Shown here in pieces: positions 14,988-24,109 of a DNA stretch of 30,240 nt; within the stretch, counting starts at the first letter, position 1; each line of letters begins with the position of its first letter. The position numbers and the translations under genes are program-made. The DNA lies in the IMG/VR virus record IMGVR_UViG_3300022902_000003; one strand, written 5' to 3'. The notes below the pieces were generated by a model. That model searched no databases, had not been told where the DNA came from, and saw only the letters and a program-made list of their open reading frames with translations. This DNA is from a virus.

Positions 14988-15983
14988 ATGAACATTTTAT
15001 TATTAGCACAAAACAAATTTGACACCACCAGCTTTTACCGCGCCAATGGCGTATTTGGTAATTTAAGTAAACAACTCAAGGGTAATATTTCCATTACCTC
15101 AATGGATCACAAAAATATGAGCCTATCGTGGGCCGATCTTATGTTATACGATGTGGTGGTAATGCAACGCCCCTACGACGATAGTTTTAAACGCCTCGCC
15201 GTTTACATTAAAGATTTAAACATACCGCTTTGGATTGACTACGACGACAACCTCCTAGCCGTACCACCCGACAATAAACAATATGTACTATATTCAGACC
15301 CGGCAATAATCGCAAACGTAACCGGCTTTTTAGCCATGGCCGACGTTGTAACCGTATCAACTCACGGGTTAAAAAAGGCTTTCGATAAATACAACCCCCG
15401 CATTGAAGTGGTGCCAAATGCTTTTAACCAGGATCTATTTAATTACCGCGATATTAAAAAGCGAAATGATACCGTATTATGGCGCGGCTCCGAAACCCAC
15501 CAACTCGATTTAATGACACACACCGTGCAACTAGTTGAGCGCATCGCCGAGTTAAGTAATTGGAAATGGCATTTTTGTGGGTGGTACCCTTGGATGTTAG
15601 CCTCGCCAAATGTTAAAAATTTATACCACTCGCCCGTTGCCGACGTTGTACCCTATCATAAAAATATACACAACGTGGCACCCAAGGCCATGATAGTACC
15701 ACTAGCCAACCATTTATTTAACCATTGCAAAAGTAACATTGCGGCGCTCGAGGGTATATTTGCCGGGGCCGTTTGCATTGTACCCAACTGGGAGGAGTGG
15801 CAAATACCTGGTACTTTAAAGTACGATAACCCCGCCGAATTTAGCCAGCACATACAAGATATTTACCACGGCCGGGTTAAGATAAAAGAAAATAACGATA
15901 CCGCCTGGGAGTACATTAACGACGTTTACCCACTCAATAAAATAAACAAAAAACGTATTGAAATATTAAACTCGTTAGTATGA
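14988..15983 (+). CDS. Putative GT-B fold glycosyltransferase
   Basis: 331 aa. It has two Rossmann-like halves, an acidic WIDYDDNL segment, and a C-terminal KSNIAALEGIFAGAVCIV resembling the GT1/GT4 E-x7-E region by eye. Confidence 0.55.
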   Translation: MNILLLAQNKFDTTSFYRANGVFGNLSKQLKGNISITSMDHKNMSLSWADLMLYDVVVMQRPYDDSFKRLAVYIKDLNIPLWIDYDDNLLAVPPDNKQYVLYSDPAIIANVTGFLAMADVVTVSTHGLKKAFDKYNPRIEVVPNAFNQDLFNYRDIKKRNDTVLWRGSETHQLDLMTHTVQLVERIAELSNWKWHFCGWYPWMLASPNVKNLYHSPVADVVPYHKNIHNVAPKAMIVPLANHLFNHCKSNIAALEGIFAGAVCIVPNWEEWQIPGTLKYDNPAEFSQHIQDIYHGRVKIKENNDTAWEYINDVYPLNKINKKRIEILNSLV

Positions 15984-16615
15984 AAAAATTAACCGGTGCC
16001 GGCGTCGCAAACCAAAGTTACCGCGATGCCGAGCACGCCAAAAGTTTTACATACGATAATTTGGCCGGCGATTTTCCAACAACCAAATTAACATTTAAGG
16101 CCAACCCGTATAATAAAAAAATACTGGCCGCAAAAAATGTACTTGATTTTGGGTGCGGCGTGGGCCGTAATTTGCATTGGGTAATGCACAACACCCGCGC
16201 CCATTATTACGGTATTGATACCAACCCCGATATGCTTAAATACTTTTGGGTGGTTAATAAACACTTACTCAAATTTAAGCGCCGGGTTACCATCGCTAAC
16301 AATTTTGATTTTCTTTTTAACACCATCGATGTGGTATTAATTACGTTTGTATTTCAACATATTGTAAACCGGTTACCACCCGAGGTAATGAACATTAACG
16401 ACATTACCACCGCAATAAAAAGCCACTGCAAAAAAAATGCCGTGTGGCTTATGCTGGAGCACGAAAGCGAGGCACCAGGATGGCAAGCCACTTGGCTCGC
16501 CGCCAACCAAATTACCCCCGATGTATATATAAAAAATTACACAACCCCGGCGCTATGCCACCAACGCGAGTTATGCGATCGAGGCCCTCACAATTTAATA
16601 ATATTTAAAACATGA
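15980..16615 (+). CDS. Class I SAM-dependent methyltransferase
   Basis: 211 aa. Motif I is VLDFGCGVGRN, with motif-II/III-like segments downstream. Its start overlaps the upstream stop (ATGA). Confidence 0.8.
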   Translation: MKKLTGAGVANQSYRDAEHAKSFTYDNLAGDFPTTKLTFKANPYNKKILAAKNVLDFGCGVGRNLHWVMHNTRAHYYGIDTNPDMLKYFWVVNKHLLKFKRRVTIANNFDFLFNTIDVVLITFVFQHIVNRLPPEVMNINDITTAIKSHCKKNAVWLMLEHESEAPGWQATWLAANQITPDVYIKNYTTPALCHQRELCDRGPHNLIIFKT

Positions 16616-17289
16616 ACTTTTTACATAAACCAAAGTTAGGCGATACAATTTACTCGTTACCACTCATTAAACATTTGGGTGGTGGCGTGCTTTATTTAGA
16701 TCCGGTTAGTACACATTTTGAAGGCCAGGCCGAGCACTGGATAAAACAATTTAATTGGCTTATGCCATTAATAAAAGCCCAGCCATATATCGAGGATGTA
16801 AAAATTCACAACGGCGAGCCCATCGATATGGACCTCGATAAATATATGGATACCACCCACCTAACCGCATACGATACCGTTAATATAGTTGATAACCATT
16901 TTATTGCCCAGGGTATAAAGCCACCGCCATACGCGCCGTGGTTAACGTGCAATCGAGAAGGGTTTGAAGTGTATACAATTGTAGCAAACAGCGATAACCA
17001 CCACGACGATAAAGTGGATTACACCACTATTTTAAAGGATATAAATTTTTTATTTGTGGGCACCTTCGCCGAAATTACAGCCTTTAAAAGCCGCACCGGT
17101 ATAACAGATTTTTTATACCAGGTGCCCGGCGACGCCTTGCACCTTGCCGAGATAATTAACGCGTGCACGCATTTTATTGGTAACCAAAGCTTACCCCTGG
17201 CCATTGCTTTGGGCCTTGGTAAAAAGTGTTACGTTGAACAATCGCCATTATATCCTAATTGTATAATGGGAAATTATAACCGACTTTAA
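16612..17289 (+). CDS. Compact GT9 (heptosyltransferase)-like glycosyltransferase
   Basis: 225 aa. The N-terminal KLGDTIYSLPLIKHL and C-terminal HFIGNQSLPLAIALGLGKKCYV resemble the GT9 motifs (GD..l..P.l..Lk and GNDSGPMHLAAALG.P) by eye. It is ATGA-coupled to the methyltransferase. Confidence 0.55.
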   Translation: MNFLHKPKLGDTIYSLPLIKHLGGGVLYLDPVSTHFEGQAEHWIKQFNWLMPLIKAQPYIEDVKIHNGEPIDMDLDKYMDTTHLTAYDTVNIVDNHFIAQGIKPPPYAPWLTCNREGFEVYTIVANSDNHHDDKVDYTTILKDINFLFVGTFAEITAFKSRTGITDFLYQVPGDALHLAEIINACTHFIGNQSLPLAIALGLGKKCYVEQSPLYPNCIMGNYNRL

Positions 17290-17299
17290 CATTATAGAT

Positions 17300-17533
17300 A
17301 TGGAAAATATTGATACATCTTATGGCACCGGCCGCCGGGTAATGGCCGAGGAAATGATCGCATATTGCGAAAAGAAAATAACCGAAATAAACGCCCACCC
17401 CAAAAGCCCACACATAGCCATACACAATAAACGCGTTGGGTTAATTACCGCGTATGGTAATATTATCGACCGGCTCAATATTAAGTTAAAAAGGATGGCC
17501 GCCAAACTCGAAACCCTAAACCCTAAACAATAA
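17300..17533 (+). CDS. Hypothetical protein
   Basis: 77-aa ORF. No motif was recognised. Confidence 0.5.
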   Translation: MENIDTSYGTGRRVMAEEMIAYCEKKITEINAHPKSPHIAIHNKRVGLITAYGNIIDRLNIKLKRMAAKLETLNPKQ

Positions 17534-17536
17534 CCA

Positions 17537-17683
17537 ATGAACCACTCTAAACTAGCAAACAAATACCTTACCGGTTTAACTGGTATCGAAATTGGTGGCG
17601 CCGCCCCCCAACCCAACAACTCAGATAAAGAGTTTACCACTCAGAACCATTTTTACAACCAACCCCACAACCAAAAACCGTAA
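17537..17683 (+). pseudogene. 48-aa ORF, possible N-terminal remnant of a second methyltransferase
   Basis: MNHSKLANKYLTGLTGIEIGGAAPQPN... The L.G..GIEIGG segment resembles the start of some glycan-cluster SAM methyltransferases. The rest is a Q/P/N-rich tail. This is a weak call made by eye. Confidence 0.25.
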
Positions 17684-17688
17684 CCCCC

Positions 17689-19266
17689 TTGCCAAACCAA
17701 CACAAATACCACTTTGATAAATTCGCCGCCGATCGCGCCGTAACCTGGATTGAGAAATATATTACCCACGTTAAAGGCGAGCACCAGGGTAAACCCCTTA
17801 TACTCGAGCCCTGGCAAAAAAATGATATTGTACGCCCCTTATTTGGTTGGAAGGATAACATTACAAAGCTCCGAAAGTACCGCACCGTATACGTAGAAAT
17901 ACCACGTAAAAATGCAAAAAGTACGTTAGCCGGTGGCATTGGTTTATACTTGTTAATGAACGATGGCGAACCCGGTGCCGAAATATACAGCGCCGCCGCC
18001 GAGCGTGGCCAGGCTGGTATAATATTCGATATTGCAAAGCGTATGGTAACCCAGCGTAAAGCCCTGGCCTCGCGTGCAACCCCGTACCGTAATTCAATAA
18101 CCTACGAAAAAACCGGCTCATTTTATAAAGCCATAAGTGCCGACGCCCATACCAAACACGGGTTTAATGCCCACGGTATTGTATTCGATGAATTTCACAC
18201 ACAAAAAACCCGCGCGCTTTACGATGTATTAACCACATCCGTAGGCTCGCGCCGCCAACCCGTAATACTTTTATTAACCACCGCCGGTAACGATCGTACC
18301 TCAATATGTTACGAACTCCATGAATACGCCCGCAAGGTCCTGGAGGGTATAATAATCGACGATACATTTTTACCCGTAATATACTCGGCCGATAAAGAAC
18401 TCGATATTTTTGCCGCCACCACCTGGAAACTCGCCAACCCAGGGTATGGCTCAATAGTTAAAACCGATTACATACGGGCCGCCGCCAACAAAGTAAAAAA
18501 CAACCCAAACAACGAAAACGCATTTAGGCAATTACATTTAAACCAGTGGACCAGCTCCATATACTCATGGGTGCCCGATCATACCTGGATGGCGTGCAAC
18601 CTGGGCGAAATAAACCCCGACGATTTTAAGGGGTGCGATGTTGTGCTCGGCCTCGACCTTGCCAGCACCGACGATACAACCAGCCTCGCCATAATATTTT
18701 TAGATGGCCTTACACCAATAGGTATTATGCCATACATTTGGGTACCCGAGGAAATGATCGAGCGGCGTAAAGCTCGCGGCGATATGCTATACTTTAATTG
18801 GCAAAGCCAGGGCGTACTACATGTTACCCCTGGCAACGTAACCGATTACCGCGTAATTGAAAAAACCATACTCGATATAAACGAGCAATTTAATATTGTA
18901 CGCATTGGGTTTGATAAATGGAACTCCAGCCAATTAATAATAAACCTGGCCGATAATATCGATGGCGAAATATTCGATAAAGTCGAAATGAATATAGGAA
19001 CCCTAAGCGAACCCACCAAGCGCTTTTACAAACTCATAAAAAACAAAGCAATAAACCACGGCGGGCACCCCGTATTACGCTGGATGTTGAGCAACGTAAT
19101 GATATACCAGGATACAAACGAAAACATACGCCCCAGTAAAAAATCGAGCACCGATAAAATTGATGGCATAATGGCCGTAATTGTAGCACTTACCGCCCTT
19201 TGGAGCCGCCCACTGGAGGAGGATATTAATAAACGATTTGCCACCGAAGGCTTTGCAACAAGTTAG
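17689..19266 (+). CDS. terL: Terminase large subunit
   Basis: 525 aa. The TTG at 17689 is the only in-frame start upstream of the conserved N-terminus (an in-frame TAA lies at 17626). It has a Walker A-like PRKNAKST, a Walker B-like GIVFDEFH and a C-terminal nuclease-like region. Confidence 0.9.
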   Translation: MPNQHKYHFDKFAADRAVTWIEKYITHVKGEHQGKPLILEPWQKNDIVRPLFGWKDNITKLRKYRTVYVEIPRKNAKSTLAGGIGLYLLMNDGEPGAEIYSAAAERGQAGIIFDIAKRMVTQRKALASRATPYRNSITYEKTGSFYKAISADAHTKHGFNAHGIVFDEFHTQKTRALYDVLTTSVGSRRQPVILLLTTAGNDRTSICYELHEYARKVLEGIIIDDTFLPVIYSADKELDIFAATTWKLANPGYGSIVKTDYIRAAANKVKNNPNNENAFRQLHLNQWTSSIYSWVPDHTWMACNLGEINPDDFKGCDVVLGLDLASTDDTTSLAIIFLDGLTPIGIMPYIWVPEEMIERRKARGDMLYFNWQSQGVLHVTPGNVTDYRVIEKTILDINEQFNIVRIGFDKWNSSQLIINLADNIDGEIFDKVEMNIGTLSEPTKRFYKLIKNKAINHGGHPVLRWMLSNVMIYQDTNENIRPSKKSSTDKIDGIMAVIVALTALWSRPLEEDINKRFATEGFATS

Positions 19267-19297
19267 GAAATGTTAAATTTTAAAAGCTAAATGATAA

Positions 19298-19516
19298 ATG
19301 AAAGCCAACCCCCTCACACCCCGCGCCAAAACACTCATAACCGTAAAGGGTTACGATAAAGCATTTACAACACTGTTAAGCGATCCACGCATACCAACAC
19401 AAAAAGCCGCTTACGATCAACTCGAGGATGAATATATAAAACACTTTGGCCGCCGCCGTTACTCAAATTTTGCCAGTTACCGCCACGCCCGTAACTATCG
19501 ACTTAAAAGAAAATAA
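19298..19516 (+). CDS. Hypothetical basic protein
   Basis: 72-aa ORF between terL and the portal gene. Confidence 0.5.
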   Translation: MKANPLTPRAKTLITVKGYDKAFTTLLSDPRIPTQKAAYDQLEDEYIKHFGRRRYSNFASYRHARNYRLKRK

Positions 19517-19544
19517 TTATATTTGATAACTTAAATTTACACCC

Positions 19545-20057
19545 ATGAAATTAAAACTTTCCTCGTACCAAAAACTAAAACAAGAAAACCAAAAATTATT
19601 ACAAGATATATATAACCTGGTAAAACTCGAGGACCAGGCGCCAGGGATAAAAACCCGATTAGAATATAATATTTATTTTAAAATTGAGGAGTTAACATTT
19701 GCCGGCACCGCCACCCCAAAGCAACCAACTGGTATATTAAACCAATGCCCACCATTTGAACCCCCACAAAACAAACCCATGAATAAATTACAAAAAGCAA
19801 TATACGAAACCGCTAAACCATTAATACCCGAGTTACGCGAGCGAGTTAAAAATATAAAATTTGAAAGCCGATATATTGCATTTCCTTTTTTCCATGGTTC
19901 AGTTATCGACTATTTAATATTTGATAAAGAGGCAAACGATTTTACAAAAATCGAGTATAGTTTAGCCATCGGTACCGCCGTACAACTCGAGGGCATGCAA
20001 GATGAATGTTACACCGATGAAGTTAAAACCGAAACATTTTATTTACCTGGCTACTAA
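19545..20057 (+). CDS. Hypothetical protein
   Basis: 170-aa ORF with an N-terminal coiled-coil-like segment. It is followed 7 nt later by the conserved hairpin element. Confidence 0.55.
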   Translation: MKLKLSSYQKLKQENQKLLQDIYNLVKLEDQAPGIKTRLEYNIYFKIEELTFAGTATPKQPTGILNQCPPFEPPQNKPMNKLQKAIYETAKPLIPELRERVKNIKFESRYIAFPFFHGSVIDYLIFDKEANDFTKIEYSLAIGTAVQLEGMQDECYTDEVKTETFYLPGY

Positions 20058-20063
20058 TCACAC

Positions 20064-20090
20064 CACTAGCGCGCGAATGTTTCGCGTGCT
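20064..20090 (+). repeat. Conserved GC-rich hairpin element, copy 1
   Basis: CACTAGCGCGCGAATGTTTCGCGTGCT. The stem is GCGCGCGAA / TTCGCGTGC (one G-U pair) with a TGT loop. Confidence 0.75.
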
Positions 20091-20223
20091 TATTTCAACC
20101 CAAAAATTAACAACCTTATTTAATTAACATTTAATAACATAGCCACTTATTACCACCCCACCGTATAAAAACATGTTAATACAAACGTAACATTGTTACC
20201 ACAATTTTTTTAATACCTCGCCA

Positions 20224-20231
20224 TACATTTG
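20224..20231 (+). promoter_or_regulatory. Candidate -7 box TACATTTG upstream of the portal gene
   Basis: It matches TAnnTTTG and lies 40 nt upstream of the ATG at 20271. No well-spaced TTG -33 element was seen. Confidence 0.25.
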
Positions 20232-20270
20232 GCCCTTTGATTATCGAAAATCGATTAACCACTCAAATGC

Positions 20271-21527
20271 ATGGATAATGTAAAATACAGATTTTTAGGT
20301 ATACCAATTTGGGAAAAACGCAGTGGTAACCTTGGTACATTTAAAGCGCCAAGCTCCAGGCTCGTTGATATAATGGGCGGCGAAAGTAGCACCGGCATGG
20401 CCGTAACTCAAAACACCGCGCTAACCTTTTCGGCCGTGTGGGCATGCGTTCGTATAATTTCCAACACCGTGGCCATGTTACCCTTTGGCGTTTACAAAAC
20501 CGATAGCAATGGCGAAAAGCACCGAACCCCAACCCACGCCAGCCACCGGCTTATACACTCCGAACCCAACCAAATACAAAGCTCGTTTACATGGCGCCAG
20601 GTAATGCAAGCCCACGCAACCCTTAAAGGCAATGCGTACTCAATTATAAAACGCAATGCAATGTTTCGCCCGGTTGAGTTAAAACTAATATCAAACCCCG
20701 ATCATGTAACCCCTTACGAGTTTGAGGGCGATTTATATTATAAAATACAAGGTTACGATAAACCTTTTTTAGCCTCCGATATTTTCCATATACGCGGCCT
20801 GGGTTTTGATGGCCTCGCCGGTAAATCAGTATTAAGCGTTGCCCGCGAAAGTATAGGCAGTGCCCTGGCAATGCAAAAGTATGGTGGCACTATTTTTAAA
20901 AATGGCGGTGCCAAACGTGTGGCCCTTATGCACGACACCGTTGTAAAAGATGCTAACGTACGTAAAAATATTACCGATAGTTGGAATAATACATACGGCG
21001 GCCCCGACAAATTAAACAAAGTGGCGTTAATTGATGCCGGTTTTAAAGTGCAAGAAATTGGCATGAACCCCGAAGACGCCCAATTTATTGGCTCGCGTGA
21101 GTTTAGCGTAAACGAAATTGCCCGGTACTTTGGTTTAATAATGGATCTATTGGCAACCGATAACAACCCCACTTATGCCAGCGCCGAGCAACGCGCACTC
21201 GATTTTATTAAATACACCATGACCCCGTGGCTCGTAACCTGGGAAAGTGAAGTAAACCGCAAATTATTTCCTGACCGCGAGAAAGATACATTTTACTCAA
21301 AGTTTACATTAGAAGGTTTATTACGTGGCGATGCCGCGGCCCGTGCCCAGTATTACAAAGATATGTTTTACATTGGTGCACTTTCGCGCGATGAAATACG
21401 CCAACTTGAGGACCGTAATAAAATTGCCGGTGGCGAAAAATATTACTTACAAAGTAACATGGCCGAGGCCGACAAGCTCCAGGATATACACAACAAAAAT
21501 AATACTCCGAAAAATGAAAACAGTTAA
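20271..21527 (+). CDS. Portal protein, HK97 family
   Basis: 418 aa. The AVWACVRIISNTVAMLPFGVYK-type segment and the overall pattern match HK97-family portals by eye. It is followed by the protease and capsid genes. Confidence 0.9.
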   Translation: MDNVKYRFLGIPIWEKRSGNLGTFKAPSSRLVDIMGGESSTGMAVTQNTALTFSAVWACVRIISNTVAMLPFGVYKTDSNGEKHRTPTHASHRLIHSEPNQIQSSFTWRQVMQAHATLKGNAYSIIKRNAMFRPVELKLISNPDHVTPYEFEGDLYYKIQGYDKPFLASDIFHIRGLGFDGLAGKSVLSVARESIGSALAMQKYGGTIFKNGGAKRVALMHDTVVKDANVRKNITDSWNNTYGGPDKLNKVALIDAGFKVQEIGMNPEDAQFIGSREFSVNEIARYFGLIMDLLATDNNPTYASAEQRALDFIKYTMTPWLVTWESEVNRKLFPDREKDTFYSKFTLEGLLRGDAAARAQYYKDMFYIGALSRDEIRQLEDRNKIAGGEKYYLQSNMAEADKLQDIHNKNNTPKNENS

Positions 21528-22164
21528 AACCACAAAGCCCGATAATAAAGTACTGGCCCGTTTTGCCACTGGTAATATAGGTATTGAAAAACGCGACGAT
21601 GGCGAAACCTCGCGCAAAATAACCGGTTATGCCGCTGTATTTAATCGCTGGAGTAACCCGCTCGGGTTTGATGGTTGGTTTAGAGAAAAAATAGATCCGG
21701 CCGCATTTAACAACGTACTACAAAACGACGTGGTGGCGGTATTTAACCATGATAATAATTTGATCCTGGCGCGCAACAAAAAAACGCTTACGCTTTCGGT
21801 TGACACCACCGGCTTGCGTTTTGAGTTTGAGGCCCCCAACTCGCCAAACGGCGATAACGTACTCGAGGCTATCCAGCGCGGCGATGTAATTGGCTCGAGC
21901 TTTCGGTTTATACCAAAGGTAACACAATGGGCAAAGTCAACCGAGGAGGGTATCGAGGAGGACCGCACCATAATGGAAATTGATAATTTAATTGATGTTG
22001 GCCCCGTTACATTTCCGGCTTACCCCGATGCAACCGCCGAGGCCGATAAACGCGATTACGATAGTTACCTGGAGGCCAACCCACGCGAAACCCCACAACC
22101 CGCAAACGTGCCATGTGAGTGGCAACGCAATTTACGAGAAAAAGAACTTGAATTATATAAATAA
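21514..22164 (+). CDS. Prohead serine protease, HK97 family
   Basis: The start is taken at MKTVKTT (the ORF opens at 21325 inside the portal gene). Motifs are YAAVFN, AVFNHD and GSSFRF. Confidence 0.85.
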   Translation: MKTVKTTKPDNKVLARFATGNIGIEKRDDGETSRKITGYAAVFNRWSNPLGFDGWFREKIDPAAFNNVLQNDVVAVFNHDNNLILARNKKTLTLSVDTTGLRFEFEAPNSPNGDNVLEAIQRGDVIGSSFRFIPKVTQWAKSTEEGIEEDRTIMEIDNLIDVGPVTFPAYPDATAEADKRDYDSYLEANPRETPQPANVPCEWQRNLREKELELYK

Positions 22165-22205
22165 ATAAATCACAATAAAACACTTTACAATTAAATACTT
22201 TAAAA

Positions 22206-23630
22206 ATGAAAACACGTAAAATTATTTTAGGACTAGTTACATTGTTATTTTTAACAATGTTTGCGGGTACGCTCGACGCGAACCCAGCCGAGGGAACACT
22301 CGCGGTAACAACTGCATTTGCCTTGGTGGTTGGTGGTATTAAATCATCAAAAGAATTAAAGGAAAGTAAGGCCGGCATTTGGGAACGCGCCCAGGCTATC
22401 CACGCCCTCGCTAAAGAGGAAAAACGCGATTTAACCGAAGATCAAAACACCGAGTACGATGGTTTAATTGCTGAAATGCGCGAGCTCGATAAAGAAATTA
22501 AACGAGCCGAGGAGCATGAAGCTCGCACGCTCGAAATGGCGAACACTCACATTAACAGTGTAACCAAAAAGCAAGAACAAAAAGAAGTACGTAGTTACTC
22601 GTTTGTTAAAGCCATCCGCTCAAAAGCCGAAGGTAAAGCACTCGAAGGGCTCGAGGCCGAAATGGACCAGGAAGCTAAACGCGAAGCCACAACAAACGGC
22701 GTTGCCATAACTGGTATTGGTATACCATCGATTGTATTAAGCGAAAAAAGAGATTTAACCGAGGGTACCGATAACCAGGGTGGTTATTTAAGCCCCACCG
22801 ATACGGTTGGTTTTATTGAGGCACTACGCGCTAAAATGTTGGTTACTCAATATGGCGCCCAGGTAATGACCGGCTTAATGGGTAATATATCCATGCCAAC
22901 ACAAGCCACCGCCGCCAGCGCGGCATGGGAGGGCGAAGTCGACGCCGGTAGCGAACAATCACAAACATTTGGCGAGCTTTCACTAACACCGAACCGCCTT
23001 GGTTGTTATACTGAAATAAGCAAACAACTAATTATACAAAGCTCAATCGATGTTGAAAACTTTGTGCGTAACGATTTAATTATGGCCATACAATTGGCTA
23101 TTGATTTGGCCGCGATTAACGGCTCGGGTTCCAGCGATCAACCAACCGGTATATTAAACACATCCGGCATTGGTAGCGTTGCGGGTGGTACAAACGGACT
23201 TGCCCCAACTTTCGGCAACCTGGTTAACCTCGAGCGTGAGGTATCCGTAGATAATGCCGATATTGGTAACCTTGCATTTATGACAAACCCAAAGGTACGT
23301 GCGAAACTAAAACAAACCGAACTCGACAGCGGCTCCGGTTTATTTGTATGGCCATCGGCAAGCGATGAATTACTCGGCTACAAAGCTGGAGTTACAACCC
23401 AGGTGCCTAGCACACTGGATAAAGGTACAAGTACCGGCGTTTGTAGCGCAATAATTTTCGGTAATTGGAACGACTTAATTGTAGCACAATGGGGCGGCCT
23501 GGATATTGTTGTAGATCCTTACAGCCTTGCAACTACTAATATGTTGCGCGTTGTTGCAAATAGCTGGTGGGATGTTGGCGTACGCCACGCCCAAAGCTTT
23601 GCCGCAATGGCCGACGCCTTAACTACTTAA
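22206..23630 (+). CDS. Major capsid protein, HK97 family, with delta-domain and an unusual hydrophobic N-terminal leader
   Basis: 474 aa. It has a coiled-coil delta-like region (KELKESKAGIWERAQAIHALAKEEKRDLTEDQ...) and core motifs GGYLSPTD and AAINGSGSSDQPTGILN. Confidence 0.9.
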   Translation: MKTRKIILGLVTLLFLTMFAGTLDANPAEGTLAVTTAFALVVGGIKSSKELKESKAGIWERAQAIHALAKEEKRDLTEDQNTEYDGLIAEMRELDKEIKRAEEHEARTLEMANTHINSVTKKQEQKEVRSYSFVKAIRSKAEGKALEGLEAEMDQEAKREATTNGVAITGIGIPSIVLSEKRDLTEGTDNQGGYLSPTDTVGFIEALRAKMLVTQYGAQVMTGLMGNISMPTQATAASAAWEGEVDAGSEQSQTFGELSLTPNRLGCYTEISKQLIIQSSIDVENFVRNDLIMAIQLAIDLAAINGSGSSDQPTGILNTSGIGSVAGGTNGLAPTFGNLVNLEREVSVDNADIGNLAFMTNPKVRAKLKQTELDSGSGLFVWPSASDELLGYKAGVTTQVPSTLDKGTSTGVCSAIIFGNWNDLIVAQWGGLDIVVDPYSLATTNMLRVVANSWWDVGVRHAQSFAAMADALTT

Positions 23631-23728
23631 TAGTAGTATTTAAACTTTTACATTGGGTTGTAAATTTTGGGTTCCGCTAACCCGCTCACGCGGCGCGGCG
23701 GGGCCTTATTTTAAAACAAAAACCAACT

Positions 23729-23755
23729 CACTGGCGCGCGAATGTTTCGCGTGCT
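23729..23755 (+). repeat. Conserved GC-rich hairpin element, copy 2
   Basis: CACTGGCGCGCGAATGTTTCGCGTGCT, about 100 nt after the capsid stop and 15 nt before the next ATG. It is preceded by a GC-rich segment at 23670..23705. Confidence 0.75.
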
Positions 23756-23770
23756 TTAACCAACAAACCG

Positions 23771-24085
23771 ATGAAAACAAAAACCGCTTTATTTATTAAA
23801 AACGCCATGGGTATCGGTATGGCATATTTTGAAGGCGACACCGCCGAGCTACCTATAAATCGTTTTAACGATCTTAAAGAACTGGGTTACGTAACCGAGC
23901 CAACTACTCAACCCCCGGCCCACACAACCACAACCCCAATACCAAAAGATATACCAGGTTACAAGGCGATTGTAGCCGCTGGCTTTACATCGCTAGCCGA
24001 CGTTAAAGCCGTGCCCGACTTAACCGAAATAAACGGCATTGGCAAAGTACTCGCCGCTCAAATTGTTGAGTATTTTAAAATATAG
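23771..24085 (+). CDS. Small head-module protein with a T/P-rich linker and a C-terminal helix-hairpin-helix motif
   Basis: 104 aa. The linker is TEPTTQPPAHTTTTPIP and the HhH-like segment is LTEINGIGKVLAAQIVEYF. Confidence 0.55.
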   Translation: MKTKTALFIKNAMGIGMAYFEGDTAELPINRFNDLKELGYVTEPTTQPPAHTTTTPIPKDIPGYKAIVAAGFTSLADVKAVPDLTEINGIGKVLAAQIVEYFKI

Positions 24086-24109
24086 CATTTAAAATTTAAC
24101 ATTTAAAAA

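Noticed and set aside
20058-20270. Possible tRNA or small RNA gene in the larger intergenic gaps (20058..20270, 23631..23770, 14018..14226, 6550..6816).
   Set aside because: I could not fold any cloverleaf with conserved T-loop (GTTCGAATC-like) or D-loop elements in these regions. The only structured elements are the hairpins already reported.
21325-21513. A 63-codon N-terminal extension of the protease ORF that overlaps the portal gene.
   Set aside because: The extension (MAMPRPVPSITKICF...) is an alternative-frame reading of the portal 3' end. The Met at 21514 (MKTVKTT) gives a normal-length HK97-type protease with only a 14-nt overlap.
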